This document shows positions 1 through 10,697 of a stretch of DNA of 64,000 nt, in pieces. Location: assembly GCA_009103225.1 (NCBI GenBank), contig RHPI01002888.1:62001-126000 (forward strand), given 5' to 3'. The position numbers and the translations under genes were made by a program. The first letter of the stretch is position 1, and each line of letters begins with the position of its first letter. The notes beneath the pieces were generated by a model. It ran no database searches. It saw only the letters and a list, made by a program, of their open reading frames with translations, and was not told the DNA's origin. The DNA is from Chlorokybus atmophyticus. Lineage: Eukaryota; Plantae; Mesostigma and Chlorokybus algae.

Positions 1-215
1 CTTCAATTCAGTGCGCTATACATAGGGTTGACTTGACTGGGTCCAAGCTGCTAGTTTGTAAGCAATGTGCAAGAATACGTGGTTTTTTCCTAGGTCAAGT
101 CAGTCTTGCCACTCCTGCGGGATACGAATGGTGCGGAGCGCTGGACCGATTGAGTGAGTCTTGCTGTTCTGACAGAGCAGAAAGACCCGACAGTTGCCTC
201 CTGGCATGCGCAGCC

Positions 216-3200
216 ATGGGCCAGTGCGCGTCAAAGGGCAACAACCCTAAGAAGCATGTTGGTGCTGTCGTCCACACGTCTTCCGGTACGTGAACGACTT
301 CCCTTTGGCCCATGTTCATACCACTTAGAATTGCAGTATTGCGGGATGTACTGCAGTCCAGCGTACACTGTACTGCACTGAACTGAGCTTCATCAGACTG
401 CATAGCATGACACAATTCGCAACGCATTTATCGTACTACATACGATTTAGCGGACAGCACAGCACTGCACTGCACCACAGCACATCATACTCCTGCACTT
501 CACCGCACGGCACTTCAACATACCAAAGTACACAGCGCAGCCAAGCACTCAAGAATGCAGTACACTACGCTGCACACCGCAGCACCCATCATCACATTCA
601 GCTGCAAAGTATAATACACCACACACTGCACCACACCACAGTGCACCGTGCTGTATGTATGCACGCACGCAAGCACCCAGGCGCTCCCCACACATGTGTG
701 CAGAAGAGGAAGACGTTGTCGCTCTTGCACCGCACGTGAGTGAAGCGAAGCAGGCGGTGGCGGTAGCTGACGTGAGGCTGGCAGTTAACGGTGAGGCCAA
801 TGGAGAGGCCCACCACAAGCCTGGCCATGAAGAAGATGATGCCCCCCCCTCCACGTCCTACACAACCGCTGAGGATGAAACAGCATCAACTACCGCAGCT
901 GTTCACCACGCGAGGGAAGTACCCGCGGATGCTACAGCCACGCCCACTTCGCCAGACACTTTGACAGCTGAAGCGCCAGCCGCAGCGGCAGTGGTCTCAA
1001 AATGCCCGTTCCTTCACGGATCCGTTGGCTGCTTTCCTTACCCAGGTACACTATCACCCTCTCACTGAGTCACTCACATCACTGTAGTAAGCCTAGTGAC
1101 ACAGTTACTAGGCGTATTACCCTGCACACATGTTGTTTTATGTGATTTGCAAGCTGCATCTTATACGGGCTTTTCGCCTGCCTTTGTTTACAAGTGCACT
1201 TGATAACTTCAAACGCACGCTTGTTGCCTGTCACCATCCATGTCTTCCTATGCGTATTGTGATGCATACTCATGTTGGCTTGTTCTGCTGCAAAATAAAG
1301 GCAAGGCAAGGTTTATACCCTCGACTACGTGCCCCAAGCACTTAATAGTTGAGGGTACGAAACCTGTCTTCCTATGTACAAGAGGAAGGTCGTATCTTCA
1401 CCTAATAAGTGGTTGGGGCATTTAGTCCCACTAGGTGCCCCAAGCATTTAGTGGTTAAGGGTACATATAAATTCCTGCCACTACTTACAAAACCTGAATT
1501 AAGCACAGAATAGCTTTTTTTATTGAAGTTAAATTGTGTTAAGCTTTGCAAGAAGGATAAGGATGCCGCACTCAGGCGGTTGTTACAGCACTCTCTCAGT
1601 CTGCGATGATGGATGCGAGTGAGTGGATGTGCTTCGGCAGCTTCAAACCACTTGTTGCTACACAGGGTATGTGCATGGACGTCATCCGGAGGTATGCGCA
1701 AACGGTTGTCGACCCGACCCCAAGTTGGGTCAAACAGAGACGAAGGTGCAGACTCTGTTGAGGGAAGCACGCGAGTTTCAGGTATGAACACCCATGTGTT
1801 TGTGTTGCCTGTACCTGGCATCTGTTGGATAGGTAGTATGAGAAAACTTGCAATGACGCCATACCCAACTCAGGTGCTATTTCATCGTGAGATGAGGTCT
1901 ACTCCTGAGGACGAGGCAAAACGGTGGACGGAGATTGAACAGGTTTGTTAACGGCAGCTTCTGGTTTATCATCTTTCTCGAGCGAGCACTTGACAATGTC
2001 AAAGTGAGGGTGATGCCATCAACTGCATCCGTCGCGTGTAGTGCTGAAAAAAAAGCCGTGTTTTGCAGGAAATAGAGACCACAGGCACTTACAGGCACAC
2101 CTTTGAAGAGCTCCAGCATGGTGCGTTGCGTGTTTGGCAACCCACAGTGCAGGGATAGAAGTAGCTGATGTACTACTCCTCATGCAGGCCATTAGCTTTT
2201 GTGTGCATGCATGCTGTGCGAGTGCATATGTTGATGTGACTAATCTCTCCTGCTTGTTGACATACCATAGGTGCACGTGTGGCCTGGCGCAATGCCCCTA
2301 AATGCAGCAACCGCAAGTTCTGGGGAGAGCTGACTTTGCTCGACAAGCGTGATGTGACTAGTGCGGAAGGGATGCTCGATGCATGTTTGGAGATGCTCGA
2401 GTCGGCCACACTGCATGGTGCCACAGAAGTGTATATAACGGTGTTTCCAGCTCGGCATCCGGTTACAGGCAAGGACCTTTCATACATCATGCCCACGTAC
2501 AACAGGCAGTGCAAGTGTGGGATTTGTAACAAGCAATTACAGTAGGAAACAAACATAACAATTTAATAGGCACGTATCTACCTACGTATATATGATGTGT
2601 ATGTACAGATAAGTATGTGGACATATGCACCCACGAGTGTGCACGTGCGCGCGCGCACACGTCACCTCCACCTCCACCTGCACACATTAACACCATCGTC
2701 CCTTCCTGCGCCTCTCAGGCGAAGGCGGCCCCCGAATCTGGAACAACCAGTTGATGCGGTACGCCGGATGGCGCACGCCGGAGGGCGCAATCCTCGGTGA
2801 TCCCGCGGAGGTGAAGTTTACGGAGCTCGTGACACGCAAGTTTGGATGGAAGCCACCCAAAGATGATCCCACCGCCTTTGACATTCTGCCCCTCGTGCTC
2901 CAGCCCGGGCCCGAGGAACCACCCCGCATGTTTGACATCCCACCTCAGTACATATCCGAAGTTCCCCTCGCTCATCCACTGGTAATCAAAGCTTTGCTTT
3001 GCTTTGCTTTTAAGCACTTGAGCCAGACATTGAGCCTTCACAGCTGAGAATTTGGAGAGGCTCTATGCGCATGGTCAACAGTTAATTGTAATCCTGAGCA
3101 TGCTGCACAGTGTTCATGCACGTCTTAAACTCCCTTGCTGAATTGAATTGACATGTGCAAGTTTAACACAAGCCATGCGATAAGAGTACAAGGAGTGATG

Positions 3201-6200
3201 TATATCAGAGTTTTTAAGTTGAACTCACCTCAATTGAGCGCATGGTTGAGATAAAGGTGGTCAATCAACTTGTTGTATTGCCAGTTTCCATGGCTTGCGG
3301 AGCTCGGGATGCGGTGGTACGGGCTGCCGGCCGTGTCCAACATGGAGATGACGCTGGGCGGGTTGCTGTACACGGGCGTCCCGTTCATCGGGTGGTACGC
3401 GGACACCGAGATCGTGCGGAACCTCAGCGACGAGCGCAGATACAACATGCTCCCCACCATTGCCAAGCAGCTCGGGTACTCCACTACGGAGAACTCTAAC
3501 CTCTGGCGCGACGCCGCGTTGGGTGCGTGACAACAACAACACCTGCAGGCTTTCATGTTGTATTGTGTCATGCTGTTTCATGCGCGTGTTGGCAAGTGGC
3601 CTTGCCTGATGGTTGATGTTGGACTGTTGTTTGTTGTGCAGTGGTCCTCAACCAGGCTATCACGTACAGCTTCCAGCAGGCCAGCACGGGTATGGTAGAC
3701 CACCACACGTTGATGCAACAGTTTTGGGAGTGGCAGAGCAAGGAGAGGATACAGCGCGGCTACTGCCCGGGCAACTGGAAGTGGATCATCCCACCTGTGG
3801 CCGCCTCCACCAGCAAATGCTACCTCGGGCTCAACAAGATGACCGAGTACACTCTCAAGCCCGCGTAAGTGACAAAATATATCTTGCTTGTATGCGTATG
3901 CATATGCATGTGTGCGTGTGCTTGCGAGTGGGCAGGTGAGGGTGCTAGTGTTCATGTGTCTGTGTGCATGCATGCGCGTGCAACAGTGGAACCAATACTA
4001 ATCCTGGTACTTCCCAAAGTTGGACGTTGCTAATTGTTGCCGTAATAGGTATCTGTACGCTCCCGGCTTTGCGTTGTACGCGAAGGAATTTTTTGGTCCG
4101 CGCTGGAACCTCAGCGACGAGCCGTTTAAACCCGCTGTGGCCAACCCGTACGTGATGAAGATGCTCAGCAGGCTCAGGAGCCACTCCACCCACGTGAAGC
4201 CTAGAATCCTTGTCGTGTACGCGACGGTGTCGGGAACAGCTAAGGAATACGCTGTCCGGACCGCAAGGGTAGGAACACCTATTGTTGGGATGTGATAACA
4301 ACGTGCTATATATATAGCACTCACGCTCTGTTGGTTGCATGGCAGAGGCTCAAGACACACTTCCAAGTGCTGACTGTGGATGCTGAGGCCTTCCATGCGG
4401 AAGAGCACCATCCAAAGTTCTTCCACCTGACTCTGGCGCTGACTTCCACGTACGGCTCGGGAGCTCCTCCATCGGCGGCCTTCCGATTCCTCAAGTGGCT
4501 GTCCCTGCAGGTGAGAAGCACACTCTGGTGGTGTTGTTGTGTGTCACGTATATCACCAGCAGATACACGGTATAATACCTGAACAAAGCAACCCACGAAG
4601 TGTACTAGACAAGAAGCACACACTTATTGCTTTCATATTGTAAATTACACAAACTGCCTTTGTCGGTGAGACACACAAACAAACAAGCATATACGTAACG
4701 TAGCACCCAGCCTTGCAACTGTTGCGCAGAAAGAAGACACGTCACTCGCTGGCTGCCGATTCGCTGTATTCGGTGTGGGCAGCAGCGCGTATCCGCGCTT
4801 TTGTGCAGGTACAAAACGAGTATCTAGACAACAGTAACTCTCTCTCACGCGTCAACCGCTACTCGATTTTTGTTGGATGCAATGCTGAAACATGTGGCAT
4901 TATTGTCCCGCAGCTGCGGACACGTTTCATGCTCTACTGTCGGCCACTGGGGCCACCCCTCTGGGTCTTCCCGGCAAGGGCGACGCGCTCAACAGCCGTG
5001 ACGTGACGTACAAAGAGTGGCTCATCAACACGCTGCGGTCCTTCAAAGATCACCTAACGGTGCGTTGGTTGTTATCAACACACAGGGACTCCTCCCTTTG
5101 ACAAGCATCAGCTGCTTCATGCACCCAACTCTTTCAAACTGCGTGCTGCACTGCCAGTTGATACAGGACACTATGGGCATGCTCCCATTGTTACCACAGT
5201 GTTTTGTCACAGTTACTAACGTGTACACTCTGTGACTACAATAAACACTTTACATCATGTCAGTTTGCACATTTTATGGCTACTGTGTTTAATGCCTAGA
5301 AGCATAAGTTGCCGAGCATGCTCCAGATACACAGTATATGTAGGTCGGTACACGACATGTACTGGTACTGAGCTATCTGATCTCGTGGTGCAGAGCGCTC
5401 AGGCGGCTCAGTCGTGCGAGCGTGTGATGGAGGACTTGCTCGTGGAAAACGCCGCGAACTCTTTCCAGCAGCTTTACAACCTCATCCATGTGTCAGGTGC
5501 GTGCTTTTCGCATCATCACATATAGCATACCAGTAGCAGTGAAGGAGGGAGCGTCAGCCCTTGAAAGTCATGAAGCCGCACGCGCACACTCAAATACATA
5601 TACAACTTACAGGAGCCAAGAGACTTGCACCCGACACCCGCTGGCTCACGGCTCCAGTACTGGAGTGCGCAGAAGCCCTTGGAGCACAGGAAGAAGACAA
5701 CAGGCGGTCTGTTTGCATAGTGCGAATCGACCTTTCAGCGCTACCCAGTGCCGTTTACTCACCAGGTATTTGACACTTGCGCTCAAAGCACACGCACACT
5801 TGCAGAAGCATCTTATCTCTTGGTCAGTTGACTGCACAGTGATTTACGCTTGGCCTTGCCAGGTGACCACATTGCCGTGCTGCCCTTGTCAAGTCATCAA
5901 CTCACGCAAGAGGATGTGGAGGAGTTTGCCGGCCATCTCGGCATTGAGAACCTTGACGACGTATTCGACTTGGAGGTATGCAGCAACCACCTCCAAGCTT
6001 CTTTGTATGCACACACCCTTTGATAAACATCAACAAATACTACCCTTGTTGTACACAACTCTTGTCTTGCTCAAACATTGGTTGGTCACTTGCCCAGATT
6101 CTTGATGAGGATGCGGCAACAGAAGTGGGCTTTGGCGGGAAGAAGTACCCGCTGCCGAACACTTTCCGCACGATATTGTTGGACCATGTCGGGTTGCTCA

Positions 6201-9200
6201 ACCCGTTGCCGGCATCGGCGCTGCCAGTGCTCGTACAGTTTGCCGGCGGGGAGGAGGATGCGAGGGAGCTGAACGAGCTCGGCCACAACGAGCAAGCGTT
6301 CCAGACGTGGCAGGAGCACAATCAGGTCCTCATCCGCATGAATTGTGTGCAATAACACACACGCATGCCCTATACATGCCCACTTACTTGCACGCATACA
6401 CATATGCACAGGCACAAGCACACATGCAGGCTGCTGCAAATTGTCAGCAAACACACACACACCTACGCACACATGCAGACACGTGCTCTAGGCATCACTG
6501 TTCACGGTGCTGATTGTTGTTCTGTCATTGATTATCAGGTGCGATGGGTGGATCTTTTCACCGAGTTCCGGTCGCTGTCAGGCAGGCTGCCTCTGGAGGT
6601 GTTTCTGCAGCTCGCTCCCGCATTATATCCGCGGCGCTACTCTATTGCTAGCAGCAACTGGGGCAGGGTGCGTCATGTGCTGCACACACCATATCACACT
6701 TCAAACAAGCTCCAGAGGTTGCTATCATAGTCAACAAGCTGACTTTGCGTGGTTGCATGCAGGAACGATCGGAAGTGCATGCAATGGTTGGTCTCCTCTC
6801 TTATCAGCTGCCGTGCGGCAAATACCGCGAGGGGCAGTGTTCGAGTTATCTGTGCAGTTCTCAACCAGGCGATATCGTGCGATTCAAGCTGGTGAAAGTT
6901 ACTTCCTTCAGGCAAGCACATTGAGGACAACCACGCACACAGGCATACATGTTTGCGCACACACGCGCATACGCATGTGTGCACGCGTGCACACATGTGC
7001 GCACCTACACAAATAGCTATTGCTTGTTTTTAGATGACAATTTGTAGCTCATTATATTGCAAACTGCAGGCAACCGATGAAGCGAATGAGTCCTATGGTG
7101 ATGGTTGCTGCCGGCACTGGCTTCGCGCCCTTCAGGGGTTTCCTTCAACACAGAATAAACCTTGCCAGACAAGCGCCTCTTGGCCCGTGCGTGCTTGTGT
7201 ATGGCTGCCGCACCCCAGCCGATCGCCTTTGCTGGTACGCACATGCACGCACGCACGCACGCACGCACGCACACACACGCGCGCGCACGCGCGCGTGTAA
7301 ATGTATGCACTCGCAGGTGCGTTTTAAGGCATAGGCACATGCATGAGTGCACGTGTGCGCGCCAGCATGCCAGCAGCGTGTACTCATGCTGACATTTTGC
7401 GACGCGCTTTCCCTTGCAGGGATGATGTGGAGACAGCACTGGCCTGCGGGGCTCTCACCAACGCTTTCGTCGCGTACTCTCGCGAACCCGGCAGACGGAA
7501 ACAATACGTCCAAGACGTGATCGCTGGAGTACGTGTTTTGATACTATACTTTGCATTATACTTTGCATCATACTTTGCATTTCTGTTGCATGCCAGTATT
7601 GCGCTCCCTCCCTTACTTCCACTCACAGCAGGAGGGAGACAGGATAAAACATGTCCTAGACCATCCCGACAGCCACATATACATTTGCGGAGACAGCCAC
7701 ATGTCGAGCGCCGTGTCGGCCGCCTTTGCCACACTCATCGGTACAATCGTGCGCATACATCGCATTACCACTTTGCCACACATCACGTGGCGGTCTCGTT
7801 TATAACACGGTTGTGTGATCAGGTTCTGAGGCCATGACCACAATGACACTCAATGGCCGTTTCCATGAAGACGTCTTTGGTGTCGTCCTGCAAACAGCAG
7901 ACCGTGTGCTCGCTGCACGCCAGCTCGCAGCAGACCAGAACGTGCATCGGCCTTTGCTCAAGGCCGCTGTCAACGGCGACGTGGCAGAGGTAACATTGTG
8001 GGGGTCATCACCATCACCATCACCATCAACAACTACATGTCAACTACTGTAACAACAACTATAACAATGTTGACCAATAGCTAGTGTATAACACTACCTG
8101 TGTCCATCCTCCTTCATCATTGTGTGCATCTCCACGCAACAGGTCAGGCGTATGCTCGGGCATGGGAGGGACGTGGCTGCGGTGGACAGCGACGGCAACT
8201 CTCTGCTGCACATTGCGGCGGAGACCGGGTCCCTCGACCTCGTGAACCTGCTTGTCATATCGGGGGCCCCCACGCGCACGATCAACCACTGGAACCTGAC
8301 TCCCGTGGGGCTCGCGCACGTGCGGGGCCAGACCGCCGTGCGCGACGCCATCCTCGCTGCGGGAGGCACCATGGCAAGCGGCATGCACAAGTCGTTCTAC
8401 CCGCTGCACCTCGCCGCCATCGAGGGCACGCCATCAGGTACAACTCGCGATGTAGTGTTCGTGAATTCGTGTTATGCTAATTCATTCATTTTTTTGTTGG
8501 TGTCATGGTGGTGACATGTTGGTATGTTGATCATAGCAACGTTACAGCAATATTGATGTAGTCATGTTGCACTACTGGTCCCATGTTGATTTGATTCATC
8601 AATATACCAACATGACACCAACACTGGGGTCTTCATTCCGATGTGGGAATGAGATGCATGAGGTAACGCCCTGTACACTTGTCGTGCAGATGTCCACAAG
8701 CTGCTTGTGGATGGCGCCGATATCTGGAGTACCGATTATTTTGGCTGCACCGCATTGCACATGGCCGCTGTCACGGGCCAGCTTGCCAACTTGCAAAAGT
8801 TGCTGCAAATGGCGGAGGCTATGACACAGGTGTGTATTCACTTGTTGTGTCCTGGAATGAGTTCGAATGAGAGCTTGATTGCACACGCACACTTGCGCGC
8901 ACGCACACGCATGCACATATGTGCGCATACATACTGACACGTGCATACGCGCTGACTCACACAACCACAAATAAGATGTTGCATCATCCGCAGCTTGGAG
9001 TTGTCAATGTTGTGGACCGACACGGTCACACTGCGTTGGCTGCCGCACTGGCGTTCCAGCAGCACGCTGCGGCCAACGCACTGAAGCATGCCGGCGCTCG
9101 CATCACTGCCTCGAGCACAAACTTCTCGGCATCGTGGCCCAGTCTTTCCCATTGGAGCCCCTCCAACCTTCAGACCATTACGCCCGAGCAGATCATGCGC

Positions 9201-9919
9201 GCACAGTCTTTGTAAGCCAAGTCACCTTTGCTTCGTAATGGCATGCTGTGTGCCACATGTGTGCTCACGCCTTTGTACAACATGACTACGTTTGCGCAGA
9301 TGGGGAGCTATCTCTAGCAACAGCTTCCCGCGCGAGGCCAAGGCTGCCCTGACCAAGACAGGCATTCTTGTGTTCAAGAACCTGTTTGAGATCTCACCGC
9401 GCTTGCTAGAGCTGTTCCCGTTCAAGGACCAGGATGGGCAGCCAATTCTGAAGGTACATAAGACACCCTACAGATTGGGTCTCTTCAAGATGTGCACAAT
9501 TCGATTTCAAGCTGATGGAGCAACAATCTGGCAATGACAGGAGTTGGAAGTGCATGCGCTGAAGGTGATGACAACGCTCGGCACGGTGGTGCAAGGCTTC
9601 AATGATCTGCACACGCTTGTGCCATACCTGAGGGACTTAACACAACGGCATGTCAAGTATGGGGTTCTGCTCGTGCATTATGACATAATTAGCGCCACGC
9701 TCCAACGCACTTTTGAGCAAGCCCTTGGCACGCGCTACACACAGGTACGGCTTCACGGCGTTTATCAGTGTCAATTCCATCAATGTTGTGCACATGCTGA
9801 ATTGGTGTCAAATGTTGGAATGAAGAACTGATATGTGGTTTGATTTGCAGGAGGACAAGGACATATGGATCGCCATCTTTGGTGTAATAGGGGGCATTGC
9901 AAAAGAGGTCTATCAATAG
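216..9919 (+). CDS. NOS: Nitric oxide synthase with acylation-motif N-terminus and C-terminal ankyrin repeats + globin domain (multi-exon)
   Basis: ATG at 216 in GCCATGG context (MGQCASK). Exon 216-285 joins exon 704-1045 in phase 1, then 1666-1781 (GYVHGRHPEVCANGC). Oxygenase motifs: AWRNAPKCSNRKFW (heme Cys codon 2303), RIWNNQLMRYAGW, GWYADTEIVRNLSD, VDHH, PGNWKWIIPP. Flavodoxin motifs: YATVSGTA, STYGSGAPP, FAVFGVGSSAYPRFCA. FAD/NADPH motifs: PRRYSIASS, MVAAGTGFAPFRGF, YICGD, RFHEDVFG. Then ankyrin repeats and a globin; stop TAG at 9917-9919. All junctions I checked are phase-compatible. Confidence 0.95.
1666..3866 (+). other. NOS oxygenase (heme/pterin/L-Arg) domain exons
   Basis: Spliced translation aligns motif by motif with mammalian NOSoxy (EIETTGTY..EL..GARVAWRNAPKC; WYGLPAVSNM; GWY..TEI; NQAITYSFQ..MVDHH; W.WIIPP). 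Confidence 0.93.
4190..7885 (+). other. NOS reductase module (FMN flavodoxin, FAD-binding, NADPH-binding)
   Basis: ILVVYATVSGTAKEYA, LTSTYGSGAPP, GKGDALN, GDHIAVLP, RRYSIASS, GQCSSYL, AAGTGFAPFRGFLQHR, VYGCR, AYSREPGRRKQYVQD, HIYICGD, GRFHEDVFG. Confidence 0.93.
7930..9110 (+). other. Ankyrin repeat block fused to NOS
   Basis: In-frame exons DSDGNSLLHIAAETGSLDLVNLLVISGA, NHWNLTPVGLA, YPLHLAAIEG, DYFGCTALHMAAVTGQLANLQKLL, DRHGHTALAAA. Confidence 0.9.
9160..9919 (+). other. C-terminal 3-over-3 globin domain fused to NOS
   Basis: ITPEQIMRAQSLWGAI (A helix), GILVFKNLFEISPRLLELFPF (B/C/CD1 Phe), EVHALKVMTTL (distal HisE7, codon 9553), LRDLTQRHVKYGV (proximal HisF8, codon 9649), HYDIISATL, WIAIFGVI (H helix). 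Confidence 0.9.
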
Positions 9920-10697
9920 CATGACCTGTGTTGCCCAAGTATTTGACTGGTGTAATGACACATTGTCTGGCATCTTTGCTTCAGTGGTCTTGCATGGTTG
10001 GCGCGTGATATAACCCTATCATTGAGAATTTACTAGACACGAGAAGGGCGCATTTCGCAGATACTATTACTGACCATTGGAGCTGCTGTTCAAAGGCTTG
10101 GAGAAAGGTTTGCGAGCCTTACATCGTGTTTGTATTCTGCTTTGGTGCTGATACCGACCATTGATGAACATGAAGCGCCCAGATCACGGAATGCCTCTTC
10201 GTCACCTGTTACAGGCGGCTTAAGGCCGTTTTCAATGAGTCGCGCCGTGCACACGAGTACATTGGTATCAGCAATAATTCGCTTGTCATCTTCAACTTCG
10301 ACGGAGTCAGTGCCTTTGTAGTCATCACTGGTGATTCACCAGCAGGTCATGGCCCTCAATCATCAACGGTTACGTGTATATGCTAAGCGAGTTGCAAGCT
10401 CATGGGTGGTCTACTGGTTGCATTAACCTCCAAGCTTATCAGGAAATCAGTTCACAGGTTGATACAAGCGCTCGTTAGGTTCAAGAATAGCAGGGCCGGA
10501 CACAGAACGAAACCAAACAAACAATATAACATTTGCTTTACAAGATACTACTGTTCAAGCATATGCTATACATAGGCGCACCGCCACTGACTAATATATG
10601 GGGCTTTCAACTGCGCGGACGGTCACAGACACATACCGCACGTCCAAAAAACATTATGGAGTCGCCGTCACAACTCCTGTTTACAAGCAAGCAGTAC

